From an uncultured Chloroflexia bacterium (GTDB lineage: Bacteria; Chloroflexota; Limnocylindria; QHBO01), in contig CAWFKB010000005.1 in NCBI GenBank assembly GCA_963816215.1, forward strand, positions 5,309 to 69,308: 64,000 bases of DNA, written 5' to 3'. Below the pieces are notes generated by a model. It did no database searches. It saw only the letters and a program-made list of their open reading frames with translations, and was not told where the DNA came from. This document shows, one piece after another, positions 25,884-35,853 of the stretch. Numbering within the stretch: position 1 is the stretch's first letter; the number at the start of each line of letters is the position of its first letter. The position numbers and the translations under genes were made by a program.

Positions 25884-26819
25884 TCATTCGATCAGGGTGC
25901 GGCCCGTGAGCCGGAGGAACACGTCCTCCAGGGTGGAGCGACGGACAAGGGCTGACTCGATCGGAATCTGGCGGGCGTGAACGTGCTCCAGGGTCTGCTC
26001 GCCATCAGCCGCATACAGGAGGATCCGGTCGGGCAGCTCTTCGACGCGCTCGGCCAGGTCGTCCAGGCGGCCGTCGAGCCTCTCGCGGTTGGCATCGGTC
26101 AGGCGCAGCTCGAGCACCTCGCGGGTCGAGTACTGCTCGATCAGCTCGCGGGGCGAGCCTTCGGCCACGATCTTGGCGTGGTCCATGACCACCAGCCGGT
26201 CGCACAGCTGCTCGGCCTCGTCCATGTAGTGGGTCGTGATGACCAGGGTCACCCCGCGGCTCTTGAGCCGATAGAGGCGGTCCCAGACCAGGTGGCGAGC
26301 CTGCGGGTCGAGGCCGGTGGTGGGCTCGTCCAGGAGGAGGAGGTCCGGCTCGTTGATGAGCGCGCGGGCGATGGTCAGCCGCCGCTTCATCCCGCCGGAC
26401 AGGGGCTCGACCTGGTCCCCGGCCCGCTCGGTGAGCTGCACGAAGTCCAGCAGCTCATCGGCGCGGCGACGCGCTTCGGGGCCGGGGATGTCGAAGTAGC
26501 GGGCGTACATGAGCAGGTTCTCGAGCACGGTCAGCTCGGCGTCGAGGTTGTCGATCTGCGGGACGACACCCAGGCGAGCCTTGATCTTGGTCCCCTCGCG
26601 GCCGGGATCCATCCCCACCACGGTCAGCGTCCCGTCGGTCACCGGGCTGGTGCACGAGATCATGCGCATGGTCGAGGTCTTTCCCGCCCCGTTGGGCCCG
26701 AGGAAGCCGAACGCCTCGCCGACATGTACGTCGAAGTCCACGCCGTTCACGGCGGTCAGGTCGCCGAACCGCTTGGTCAGGCCGCGGGCGTGGATGAGGA
26801 CATCGGTCGAGACGGTCAT
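25884..26819 (-). CDS. ABC transporter ATP-binding protein (DrrA/NodI-like)
   Basis: Start MTVSTDVLIHARGL (top 26819). Walker A GPNGAGKTST, signature LSGGMKRRLTIARAL, Walker B LLLLDEPTTGLD. Confidence 0.85.
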   Translation of the reverse strand: MTVSTDVLIHARGLTKRFGDLTAVNGVDFDVHVGEAFGFLGPNGAGKTSTMRMISCTSPVTDGTLTVVGMDPGREGTKIKARLGVVPQIDNLDAELTVLENLLMYARYFDIPGPEARRRADELLDFVQLTERAGDQVEPLSGGMKRRLTIARALINEPDLLLLDEPTTGLDPQARHLVWDRLYRLKSRGVTLVITTHYMDEAEQLCDRLVVMDHAKIVAEGSPRELIEQYSTREVLELRLTDANRERLDGRLDDLAERVEELPDRILLYAADGEQTLEHVHARQIPIESALVRRSTLEDVFLRLTGRTLIE

Positions 26820-26874
26820 GAGGGCCGTTGATTGTACCGATGCCGCCCGAAGGGGCGGTGCTAGGCTCGGACCG

Positions 26875-29085
26875 ATGGCGAACGGACCCGGCGCGTTCCT
26901 GCTGGACGGCGGGTCGCAGGCCTTTGAGCCGGGCGACACGGTGGCCATGGCCATCGTGCGTGGCGGCGCGCATCCGCGCGCCGGGGGCACGCTGTGCCTG
27001 GCGGGGGACTGCGGCAACTGCGTGGCCGAGGTCGACGGGATTGCCTACGTCCGAACCTGCCTGACCCCGGCGCGCGCCGAGCTGGCGGTCCGTCGCCATC
27101 CGGCTGACGCCCCGCCCGCGTGGGATCCGGCGGACCGTCCGCTCCCGCCGGTTCGGCCGGGAGAGGTTCGGCGCCTCGAGACCGGGGTGGTGGTGATTGG
27201 TGCCGGCTCGACCGGTCGCGCGGCGGCAGCCGAGGTGGGGGCGGCCGGAGATGAGGCCACCGTCTTCGATGGCGCCCGGGGGCACGAGGTCGTGGGCATC
27301 TTCCCCGGCCCCACGGTCATCGTTCGGCTGCCGGCGGACAATGCCATGCTCCACGTGCGCGCTCGCCGAGTGGTCATTGCCACCGGATCGGCCGAGCTCC
27401 ACCCAGTCGTCCCGGGCAATCGGCTCGAGGGCCTGTACACGGCCCGGGCTGCCACCGAGCTGGTCGCGGCCGGCGTCGATCTGCCGGGGGCGGTGGTGGT
27501 CGGGGATCCTCTCCCCGGGGTGGCGGCCACGCAGGTCGCGGGGCGGCTGCTCCGAATCGAAGGCGAAGGGCGGGTTTCGGCCGTCGTGACCGAGGCAGAC
27601 GGCGAGGAGCGGCGGACCGTCTGTCAGACGCTCATCCTCAACCTCGGTCGGGCGCCGCGTGATGTCCTGGCCCGGATGAGCGACTACGCGATAACCGTCG
27701 TTGGCTCCGCCGCCGAGGACTTCCCGCTGCCACCATCACCGGCGGCGGGCATCGTCTGCCCATGTGTCGGCACGACCGTCGAGGATCTCGAGGGCGGCTG
27801 GGCCCGTGGCTTCCACGAGGTCGAACTGCTCAAGCGAGCGACGCTGTGCGGGACGGGGACCTGCCAGGGTGGGGCCTGCCTGCCGCACCTGCGGGCGTTC
27901 GTCGCCGCCCGGACCGGCACGGTCCCGGCGCCGTTCACCGCCCGTCCGGCGTCACGGCAGATCACTCTTGGCGAGGCCGCGGCCGACGTTCATCTCGATG
28001 CCTTCCGGCGCACCGCCCTCCATGACGAGCACGTGGCCGCCGGCGCGCACATGGATCGGTTCGGCGGCTGGTGGCGTCCCTGGCACTACGGCGACCACCT
28101 TGCCGAGTACCGCGCCGTCCGTGAGGCCGTCTCGGTGGGGGACGTGTCAACGCTCGGCAAGTTCATCGTCGATGGACCCGACGCGGTCGAGTTCCTTCAG
28201 CGCCTGTACCCCACCGACGTCAGCACCATTCGGCCAGGTCGGAGCCGATACGCCCTGCTTCTGAATGAACGAGGGCACGTCATCGACGATGGCATGATCT
28301 GCCGCGAGTCCGAGTCGCGGTTCGTGCTGACGTTCACCACCGGCGGGGCTGGGAACGCCGAAATGTGGATGCGCGACTGGATCGAAACCTGGGGCCTGGA
28401 CGTTCTCCTTCTTGACCGCACGATGTCGCTGGGCGCCATCAACGTCACCGGCCCCCGGGCCGCGGAGCTGCTGGCCCGAGTCGGCCTCCCCGAGCCCCCG
28501 AAGTTCCTCCAGCACGTGCGCATGGAGTTCGCCGGCATGCCCTGCCACATCATGCGGCTGAGCTTCACCGGGGAGTCCTCGTTCGAGATCCATCACCCGG
28601 TTGACCGGTCGGCCGACCTGTGGCGCGGCCTCCTGGCGGCGGGCGCGGACCTGGGCATCCGGCCCCACGGGCTCCAGGCCCTCTTCGCGCTCCGCCTCGA
28701 GAAGGGCCACGTGATCATCGGGATGGACACCGAGCTTGACACGACCCCGCGCCGGTTGGGCATGGACTGGGCGGTGAACATGGACAAGACCGACTTCAAC
28801 GGCCGCCAGGCACTTGCACGGACCGCGGATCTCCCGGATCAGCGGCGCCTGGTCGGGCTGACGATGGCCGGCAATGCCCCAACCGAGGGCAGCCCGATCT
28901 GGTCGGAGGGCGATGTGGTTGGCCACGTGACGTCCACCTTCGCGTCGCCCACCCTCGGCCGGGCGGTCATGCTGGGCTGGCTGAAGCGGAGCCCGTTCCC
29001 GGTCAATGTTGAGATCGATGGTCGAGCGGCCACTGTCAGCACCACGCCCTTCTACGACCCGGAGGGAACTCGTGCGCGCGCCTGA
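26875..29085 (+). CDS. soxA: Sarcosine oxidase alpha subunit (compact form)
   Basis: N-terminal 2Fe-2S-like Cys cluster CLAGDCGNCV, an NAD/FAD region, and a C-terminal GcvT-like folate domain (FIVDGPDAVEFLQRL...GKFIV). The first 122 codons of the track ORF 26509.. overlap the ABC ATPase gene and are not coding. Confidence 0.8.
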   Translation: MANGPGAFLLDGGSQAFEPGDTVAMAIVRGGAHPRAGGTLCLAGDCGNCVAEVDGIAYVRTCLTPARAELAVRRHPADAPPAWDPADRPLPPVRPGEVRRLETGVVVIGAGSTGRAAAAEVGAAGDEATVFDGARGHEVVGIFPGPTVIVRLPADNAMLHVRARRVVIATGSAELHPVVPGNRLEGLYTARAATELVAAGVDLPGAVVVGDPLPGVAATQVAGRLLRIEGEGRVSAVVTEADGEERRTVCQTLILNLGRAPRDVLARMSDYAITVVGSAAEDFPLPPSPAAGIVCPCVGTTVEDLEGGWARGFHEVELLKRATLCGTGTCQGGACLPHLRAFVAARTGTVPAPFTARPASRQITLGEAAADVHLDAFRRTALHDEHVAAGAHMDRFGGWWRPWHYGDHLAEYRAVREAVSVGDVSTLGKFIVDGPDAVEFLQRLYPTDVSTIRPGRSRYALLLNERGHVIDDGMICRESESRFVLTFTTGGAGNAEMWMRDWIETWGLDVLLLDRTMSLGAINVTGPRAAELLARVGLPEPPKFLQHVRMEFAGMPCHIMRLSFTGESSFEIHHPVDRSADLWRGLLAAGADLGIRPHGLQALFALRLEKGHVIIGMDTELDTTPRRLGMDWAVNMDKTDFNGRQALARTADLPDQRRLVGLTMAGNAPTEGSPIWSEGDVVGHVTSTFASPTLGRAVMLGWLKRSPFPVNVEIDGRAATVSTTPFYDPEGTRARA

Positions 29086-29434
29086 ATCGCTGCACGCGAC
29101 GCGGATCATCGGCGCACCGTCGGTCCTGGATGCGTTTCCGGTACCGGAGGGCCTTGACGCGCTGCGGTTCGCGCCAGACGAGCTGTTCGTCCTCGCCACG
29201 CTCATGCACGACGATCGTGAGTCGCTGATCCAGGAAGACGAACCCGGCTTCGTGGGCTGGTGGCTGACCCAGGAGGAACTGGCGCACGTTCGCCATCACG
29301 TCGACTGGCCGCTGGTGGCGGGCTTGAACCAGGGGCTGGTGGTCGGGGTGCCGGCCAAGGTCTGGCTCGGGTCGGATCGGTCGTTGCTGCTCGTGGCGCG
29401 GGCCTATGCCCACGAGCTCGAGGCGCGGCTGTGA
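29072..29434 (+). CDS. soxG: Sarcosine oxidase gamma subunit (short)
   Basis: Position between soxA and soxB, with the soxG-like motif GWWLTQEELAHVRHHVDWPLV. A GTG start overlapping the soxA end is preferred. The alternative ATG at 29006 would overlap soxA by 80 nt. Confidence 0.55.
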   Translation: MRAPESLHATRIIGAPSVLDAFPVPEGLDALRFAPDELFVLATLMHDDRESLIQEDEPGFVGWWLTQEELAHVRHHVDWPLVAGLNQGLVVGVPAKVWLGSDRSLLLVARAYAHELEARL

Positions 29435-30639
29435 ACGAGTTCGTCGAGCGGATCCTCGACCTGCCCTGGCAGGAGCCGAAGCGCAGCTACGAGGTCGTGA
29501 TCATCGGTGGCGGAGGACACGGCCTGGCCACCGCCTACTACCTGGCCACCCGTCACGGCCTGACCGACGTCGCGGTCGTCGAGGCCGACTACATCGGTTC
29601 GGGCAACACGGGCCGGAACACGACCATCATTCGGGCCAACTACGGGATCGCCGAGTCGGTCCGCTTCTACCAGCGCGCCCTCGACCTCTACGCGGCACTC
29701 GAGGAGGAGACCGGCTCGTGGATCATGCACAAGACCAAGGGCCTGCTGTGGCTGGCCCACACCGAGTCGGGCCTCCGCGCCGAGCGGGCCCGCACCCTGC
29801 TCAACCAGGCGATGGGCGCCCGAACCGAGATGGTCACACCGGAGGAGGCGCTGGCCCTGTGCCCGCACCTCGACCTCACCGGCGGCGGCCGCTATCCGGT
29901 GATGGGCGGCTCCTATCACCTGGGCGGGGCGACCGCCCGTCACGACCGGGTCGTATGGGCCTATGCCCAGGGAGCTCTCCGGCGTGGGACTCATATCCTC
30001 CAGCACACCCCGGTTACCGGGCTGCTCCGCGACGGCGCGCGGGTCACCGGGGTCCAGACCGCGACCGGACCGATTTCCGCGCGCATCGTCATGAGCGCGG
30101 TGGCGGGCTGGTCAACCCACGTGGCGAGCATGGCCGGCGTCCGGCTGCCGATCCGGACCCACCCGCTCCAGGCGCTGGTCACCAATCCCTACGCCCTGGG
30201 CTTCGAGCCGATCGTCGCCAGCTCGGAACTGCTGTGCTACGTCTCGCAGACGGCGCGCGGCCACATGCTGATGGGCGCGGAGTTCGATTCCCAGCCGTCG
30301 TATTCGCGGGCATCGTCATTCGAATTCCTGGCCAGCGTGTCGGCCAAGGTCACCAAGCTCCTGCCGTTCATGGGTGACCTGCGGGTCCTGCGCCAGTGGG
30401 CCGGCATCTGCGACATCACCCCCGACTACTCACCGATCATGGGCGAGACCGGCACGCCCGGGTTCCTGATCTCCACCGGCTGGGGCACGTGGGGGTTCAA
30501 GGCCATTCCTGCCGGCGGGGAGGCCATGGCTGAGCTCATCGCCACCGGCTCCACCCCGCCTCTGATTGGTTCGTTTGGATTGGACCGATTCGCCCGCGAC
30601 CATGCCATGGCGGACCAGGGATCGGCAGGGACCCGCTGA
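29431..30639 (+). CDS. soxB: Sarcosine oxidase beta subunit
   Basis: GTG start overlapping the soxG stop. VVIIGGGGHGLATAYYLA dinucleotide-binding motif. DAO-family fold. Confidence 0.85.
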   Translation: MNEFVERILDLPWQEPKRSYEVVIIGGGGHGLATAYYLATRHGLTDVAVVEADYIGSGNTGRNTTIIRANYGIAESVRFYQRALDLYAALEEETGSWIMHKTKGLLWLAHTESGLRAERARTLLNQAMGARTEMVTPEEALALCPHLDLTGGGRYPVMGGSYHLGGATARHDRVVWAYAQGALRRGTHILQHTPVTGLLRDGARVTGVQTATGPISARIVMSAVAGWSTHVASMAGVRLPIRTHPLQALVTNPYALGFEPIVASSELLCYVSQTARGHMLMGAEFDSQPSYSRASSFEFLASVSAKVTKLLPFMGDLRVLRQWAGICDITPDYSPIMGETGTPGFLISTGWGTWGFKAIPAGGEAMAELIATGSTPPLIGSFGLDRFARDHAMADQGSAGTR

Positions 30640-30875
30640 TGCTGTGGATCACCTGCCCGACCTGCGGCGAGCGCCCCGTGACCGAGTACCGATTCGGCGG
30701 CGAGATCCCGCAGGTGCCGGACCGGCTGACCGATCCCGACGCGCGGAACCTCGACTACGTCTGGATGCAGAGCAATGTCGCCGGCACCACCACCGAACGC
30801 TGGTTCCACGCGGCCGGCTGCCGCCGCTGGCTGACGGTGCGCCGGGATACGACCACCGACCGAATCGTGGCCTGA
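30639..30875 (+). CDS. soxD: Sarcosine oxidase delta subunit
   Basis: 78 aa, MLWITCPTCGERPVTEYRFGGEI with a CxxC zinc motif typical of SoxD. Overlapping start and stop. Confidence 0.8.
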   Translation: MLWITCPTCGERPVTEYRFGGEIPQVPDRLTDPDARNLDYVWMQSNVAGTTTERWFHAAGCRRWLTVRRDTTTDRIVA

Positions 30876-32042
30876 TGGCTGACACCGCGGACGTCATCAT
30901 CGTCGGGGCCGGGGATCCACGGCGCCAGCCTCGCGTTCCACCTGGCAGAGCGGGGTATCGCGGTCACCATCCTCGAGAAGTCGACCGTTGCGTCGGGCGC
31001 TACCGGGCGGAGCAGCGGCATGGTCCGAATGCATTACGACGTCGAGGCTGAAGCCCGCTTGGCATGGCGCAGCCTGACCTACTTCAAGAACTGGGCCGAG
31101 CGGATCGGTGGTGACTGCGGATTCACCGAGATCGGTTTCCTGCAACTGGTCCCGCCCGTCGTGGGCGATGCGCTGCGAGCCAACGTGGAGATGCAGCAGC
31201 GCATCGGCATCGTCACCGAGATCGTTGGGGCGGACGACGTCCGCCGCGTGCTGCCGGGAATCGAGATCGGCGACGACCAGGTGGCAGCGTTCGAGTCGGG
31301 TTCGGGCTACGCGGACCCGAGCACGGCCACCGGCAGCCTGGTGGCGGCCGCGCTCACGCGGGGCGCGCGCCTCGTCCAGCACTGCGAGGTGACCGATGTC
31401 CGCGTCGTGGCGGGCCGGGTGGCAGGGGTGGACACGTCGCGGGGCGAGTTCGACGCCCCGATCGTCGTCGATGCCGCAGGCGCATGGGCCGGTCGCCTGG
31501 CGTCCATGGTCGGTCTGGATGTGCCGATCAGCGTCTGGCGCCATGACGTGGCGTTCATCCGGCGTCCGCCGGACATTCCTCGTCACGTGGCCTTCATCGA
31601 CTTCGCCAACCTGTTCTACAGCCGCCCCGAGGGCGAGTCGCTGACCCTGGTGGCCCTGGAGGACGGCAATCCCATTGGCGGGGATCCCGACGCGCCCGTC
31701 GACGCCGCGGCGCCCGGCTTCCTGCTCCGAGCGGCGGAACGGATCATGCGCCGCCTCCCCGACTTCGGACGGGCGGGCATCCACTCCGCGCACAGCGGCC
31801 AGGACGGCATCACCCCGGACCAACACCCGATCATCGGCCCGGCCGGACCGGAGGGCTTCTGGCTCGACTGCGGCTACTCGGGGACCGGGTTCAAGACCGC
31901 GCCGGCGGTCGGCGCCAGCCTGGCCCAGTTGATCGTCGAGGGTCCGTCAGCCAACGACGACCTCGCGCTGTACCGCCTCGCCCGCTTCGAGGAAGGGACG
32001 CCGATCCGGGGCGAGCACTCGTACGGGCAGATGTGGAGCTAG
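30875..32042 (+). pseudogene. FAD-dependent oxidoreductase (DAO family) interrupted by a +1 frameshift in a G4 run at 30911-30914
   Basis: Frame A from ATG 30875 gives MADTADVIIVGAG then runs out of frame. The continuation IHGASLAFHLAERGIAVTILEKSTVASGATGRSSGMVRMHYD... is in the +1 frame and joins track ORF 31020..32042. Deleting one G restores the GxGxxG Rossmann N-terminus. Confidence 0.7.
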
Positions 32043-32051
32043 GGGACCCGG

Positions 32052-32753
32052 TCAGGCCTCCCAGCTTTCTCCGGGTTCGAGCGCCACGACCTCGGCATCG
32101 GTCGCTTCGGCCAGCTCGGCCGGCGTGCCGGCCAGGATGGGGAAGGTCCCGTAGTGGACGGGGATCACGGTCCGGGCGCCCACCAGGGCCACCGCGCGGG
32201 CCGCGTCGGTAGGCCCCATCGTGTAGTGACCGCCGATGGGCATGACCGCGATCGTGGGCGTCCAGCGCTCGCGGACGAGCGCCATGTCGCCGAACACATC
32301 GGTGTCGCCCGAGTGGTAGACGACGGTGCCGTCCTCGAAGCGGATGATCCAGCCCCAGCAGCCCACCTCGCGAGTGGTCGCCCCGCCGCCGGTCAACGTC
32401 ACCGCGCCGGTGTGCTCGGCGTGGACCATGGTGAAGCCGATCCCCGCCGCCTCGAATGTCCCGCCCTTGTTCATCCCGACCGCTTCAACGCCCCGCTCCC
32501 CGAGGTACAAGCTCATTTCATGTGACCCAATGACGGTGGCGCCGTCCTGCGCCAGATCCACGACATCGATCGCGTCGTCGCCGACATGATCGAAGTGGCC
32601 GTGGGTGGGTGCCACGACATCGACCTGCCACGGCTCCGGCGGCGCGACGTAGGTCGGCGCGCCGCTCCATCGGTCCACCCAGATCCACTTGTCGCCAGGC
32701 GACTGGTACAGGATGCCGCCGTGGCCGAGTCGGGTGATACGCAGGCGGGACAT
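32052..32753 (-). CDS. MBL-fold metal-dependent hydrolase (UPF0173/UlaG-like)
   Basis: HGHFDHVGD metal-binding motif within a beta-lactamase fold. 233 aa. Confidence 0.7.
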   Translation of the reverse strand: MSRLRITRLGHGGILYQSPGDKWIWVDRWSGAPTYVAPPEPWQVDVVAPTHGHFDHVGDDAIDVVDLAQDGATVIGSHEMSLYLGERGVEAVGMNKGGTFEAAGIGFTMVHAEHTGAVTLTGGGATTREVGCWGWIIRFEDGTVVYHSGDTDVFGDMALVRERWTPTIAVMPIGGHYTMGPTDAARAVALVGARTVIPVHYGTFPILAGTPAELAEATDAEVVALEPGESWEA

Positions 32754-32772
32754 GGGCTCCTCCGCTGTGGGA

Positions 32773-33471
32773 CTAGCCGGGGATGACGAGGCGCCCGCTG
32801 GCCGCGACGCGCTCCAGCCAGGACGACTCGTGACCGATGGTGGTCTCCGGCCCGTGGCCGGGCAGGACGCGAGTGCCGGGCGGAATCTCGCGCAGCAGGC
32901 GGGTCAGCGAGGTGACCATCTGTTCGTCGTCCCCGCCCGCCAGGTCGGTCCGGCCGTACGAGCGCAGGAACAGGACGTCGCCCGCCAGGAGCAGGCCACG
33001 GTCCGGTTCGTACAGGCAGACCGATCCTTCCGAGTGCCCCGGGGTGTGCAGAACGGTGAACGAGAGCTGACCGATGACCAGGCGATCGCCCTCCCGCAGC
33101 TCCTGCTCGGCCACGACGGGCTCTAGCTGGTAACCGTAGATGTTCTGCCCGCTGAGCCGATACGCGTCGTCGGGGTGAATGGCCAGAGGCGCACCACTGG
33201 CTGCCTTGAGCGGGGCGTTGTCGAAGATGTGGTCGATGTGGCCGTGACTGTTGGCGATGACGTGCAGCCGCAGGCCAAGCTCGCCGGCGCGGGCCATGAG
33301 GGCCGGCGCGGCGCCCATCCCCGGATCGACGACCAGCACGTCAGTCGAGGTACCGTCCCACACGAGGTAGGCGTTCGTCTGCCACGGGCCGAAGGAGCCG
33401 ACCTCGAGCCGCACACCGTGGTGCGGGTCGCCCTGCCCGCCGGCACGCTCGATGACCAGCTCGTCGGTCAT
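32773..33471 (-). CDS. MBL-fold hydrolase, hydroxyacylglutathione hydrolase (glyoxalase II)-like
   Basis: HSHGHIDH motif, later His/Asp ligands (HTPGHSEGS, LPGHGP). Confidence 0.72.
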   Translation of the reverse strand: MTDELVIERAGGQGDPHHGVRLEVGSFGPWQTNAYLVWDGTSTDVLVVDPGMGAAPALMARAGELGLRLHVIANSHGHIDHIFDNAPLKAASGAPLAIHPDDAYRLSGQNIYGYQLEPVVAEQELREGDRLVIGQLSFTVLHTPGHSEGSVCLYEPDRGLLLAGDVLFLRSYGRTDLAGGDDEQMVTSLTRLLREIPPGTRVLPGHGPETTIGHESSWLERVAASGRLVIPG

Positions 33472-34226
33472 CGGTCCTTCGCCAGCCGGAGCCCGAATGC
33501 GGTGGCCAGGTGCTTCGTCATCTCGTCGGCGACACTCGCCATGTCGACGACGGCGCCGGTCTCGCGCTCAAGGCTCGTCACCTCGCAGTCGGGGATGCCG
33601 CACGGGATCATCTCCCGGAACCAGGCGAGGTCGGTACTCACATTGAGCGCCAATCCATGGGTCGTGACCCCGCGCTTCACGCGGACCCCTACCGCGGCAA
33701 GCTTCCGCCGGCCGTCCACCCACACGCCGGGTCGCCCCTCCACCCGGTCTGCCTCCACGCCGAACGCGGCCGCGGTCCCGATGACCGCTGCCTCGAGGGC
33801 GCGGACGTAGCGGCGCAGGTCCAGCGGGTCACGCAGCTCGACGATGGGATAGGCCACCAGCTGACCAGGCCCATGGAACGTGACGTCCCCGCCTCGGTCG
33901 ATCCGGACCAGCTCCGTCCCGAGCTCCGCCAGTCGCTCGGGCGGCGCGAGCATGTTGGCCAGGTCACCGCCGCGACCGATCGTGTACACCGGGTCGTGCT
34001 CCAGGAGCAGGAGGCGGTCGCCGATCTCCCGCCGCCGGCGGCGTTCCGCCAGCTCGTCCTGGAGCTCCCAGGTGGGGCGGTAGGGAACGCGGCCCAGCCA
34101 CTCCACGGCCAGCAGGCCACCGTCTCCGAGCAGCAGGGGCTGTCCGGGTTCGGCTGCGGCTTTCCGCGCCCGCGGCGGTGCCCGGACCGGCTGCGGCGCG
34201 AGGCTGATGTCGCGCATCTCAACCAC
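33468..34226 (-). CDS. lipB: Octanoyltransferase LipB
   Basis: EHDPVYTIGRGG, RIDRGGDVTFHGPGQLVAYPI and catalytic CGIPD region, typical of LipB. Confidence 0.85.
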   Translation of the reverse strand: MVEMRDISLAPQPVRAPPRARKAAAEPGQPLLLGDGGLLAVEWLGRVPYRPTWELQDELAERRRRREIGDRLLLLEHDPVYTIGRGGDLANMLAPPERLAELGTELVRIDRGGDVTFHGPGQLVAYPIVELRDPLDLRRYVRALEAAVIGTAAAFGVEADRVEGRPGVWVDGRRKLAAVGVRVKRGVTTHGLALNVSTDLAWFREMIPCGIPDCEVTSLERETGAVVDMASVADEMTKHLATAFGLRLAKDR

Positions 34227-34230
34227 GACG

Positions 34231-34770
34231 TCAGGAGGTAGCGGTGCCGTGATCGCCTCGCATGCCCCGCAGTGCCTCGATCATGCCCAGGTGGCGGCTG
34301 ACGTGGGACAGATGGCGAATCAGCGAGTCATCGATCGGGGCCGTCTTTCCCATCAGGTCGTCGGCCGTGTGCAGGATCGTCTCGTCGTCCAGCGCGCCCA
34401 CGGCCTGCTCGAGATCGGAGAACGCGCCACGCAGGTACGTCGCCAGCTGGTCGCGACCGGGGAACGGCAGGAGCGAGGCTTCGTCGTCGGACAGGTGCAT
34501 CCCTGTCCCCCCCTCGCCCTGCTCCTCGGGAAAGCCCCACTTCGTGGTCAGGCCCTCGCGGTTCCATCGCTGCTGGTGGCCACTCAGGGCCTCCGCCCAG
34601 CGATCCGCCCAGCGGCCGGCATGCCACAGGTGAAACGCAATGGGCGGCGACGTCGGTCCCGCGCGGAACGCCAGGTCGGCATCGGTTCCGGCCTGGGCCG
34701 CCTCCATCAGGTGGCGATGGGTGATCGCGATTCGCTCCGCGAGGATGGCGACGTGGGTTCGTGCGGCCAT
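34231..34770 (-). CDS. DinB/YfiT-like (DinB_2) metal-dependent hydrolase-like protein
   Basis: Four-helix bundle protein with conserved His residues (HLWHAGRWADRW...HVSRHLGMIEAL). Its start overlaps the lipA stop in a TGATG arrangement. Confidence 0.55.
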   Translation of the reverse strand: MAARTHVAILAERIAITHRHLMEAAQAGTDADLAFRAGPTSPPIAFHLWHAGRWADRWAEALSGHQQRWNREGLTTKWGFPEEQGEGGTGMHLSDDEASLLPFPGRDQLATYLRGAFSDLEQAVGALDDETILHTADDLMGKTAPIDDSLIRHLSHVSRHLGMIEALRGMRGDHGTATS

Positions 34771-35813
34771 CAGACGGCGACCGCCTCGGCGCTGCCGGGG
34801 ACCTGCTCCGCGGCGTGGTAGCTGGAGCGCACCAGCGGCCCGGACTGGACGTGGGCAAACCCCAACTCGAGCCCGATCCGGCGGAGGGCCATGAACTCGG
34901 CGGGGGTGTAGTACTTCATGAGCGGCAGGTGCTGGCGGCTGGGGCGCAGGTACTGACCGATGGTCAGCACGTCGATCTCGGCTTCGCGCAGCAGGCCGAG
35001 GGCCGCGACCAGCTCGTCCCAGGTCTCGCCCAGCCCCACCATGAGCCCGGTCTTGGTCGCCATCGAATGACCGATGTCGGCCGCCACCCGGCGGCCGGTG
35101 GTCAGCACGGCCACGCTGCGATCCCACCGGGCCCGGCGGCGAACTGGTCGCTGGAGACGGGGGACCGTCTCGACGTTGTGGTTGAGGATCTCCGGCTGGG
35201 ACTCGACCACGGTCCGGATGTCGTCCTCGCGGCCGTTGAGGTCCGAGATGAGGACCTCGATGCTCGTGCCGGGGGACGCAAGCCGGATCTGGCGGACGGT
35301 GTCGGCCACCACGTCGGCGCCGCCGTCCGGCAGGTCATCGCGCGCCACCATGGTGATGACCGCGTGCTTGAGACCCATCCGCAGGGCGGCCTCCGCCACG
35401 CGGCGCGGCTCATCCAGGTCGGTCCCCGCGGGACGCCCGGTCGCGATGGCGCAGAACCCGCAGTTCCGGGTGCAGACGCTGCCCAGGACCATGAACGTGG
35501 CCGTTCCCAGCGTCCAGCACTCCCCCTGGTTGGGGCAGCGCGCCTCCTCGCAGACCGTGTTCAGGCCCTCGTCCCGGATCAGGCGCCGGAGGCCGGCGTA
35601 TGTCTCGCCTGCACCGATCCGGACCTTGAGCCAGTCAGGGCGTCGACCGCCGGGTCCCGCGTTCTCGGGCACGGGCTCACCCGGAGCGGGAAGGCCGCTA
35701 TCCGTGTCCGGACCACCGGGGTACATGACCTCCGATGGGCCGGCGTGGCCGCCCTGGCCGGGTGGTGGGCCGAGGACGGAAAGCTCGCCCAGCGATGAGA
35801 AGTCGCGCGACAT
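34770..35813 (-). CDS. lipA: Lipoyl synthase LipA
   Basis: CEEARCPNQGEC auxiliary cluster and CTRNCGFC radical-SAM motif. True start MSRDFSSLGEL at top coordinate 35813. The 232 codons upstream in the track ORF are antisense artefact. Confidence 0.9.
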   Translation of the reverse strand: MSRDFSSLGELSVLGPPPGQGGHAGPSEVMYPGGPDTDSGLPAPGEPVPENAGPGGRRPDWLKVRIGAGETYAGLRRLIRDEGLNTVCEEARCPNQGECWTLGTATFMVLGSVCTRNCGFCAIATGRPAGTDLDEPRRVAEAALRMGLKHAVITMVARDDLPDGGADVVADTVRQIRLASPGTSIEVLISDLNGREDDIRTVVESQPEILNHNVETVPRLQRPVRRRARWDRSVAVLTTGRRVAADIGHSMATKTGLMVGLGETWDELVAALGLLREAEIDVLTIGQYLRPSRQHLPLMKYYTPAEFMALRRIGLELGFAHVQSGPLVRSSYHAAEQVPGSAEAVAV

Positions 35814-35853
35814 CAGTGCCAGTCTAGCGAAGGTGACCGATAGACTCGACCGC

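Noticed and set aside
26509-26874. N-terminal 122 codons of the 858-aa soxA track ORF
   Set aside because: They overlap the 5' end of the minus-strand ABC ATPase gene. SoxA homology, and a proper start (MANGPGAFLLDGG), begin at 26875.
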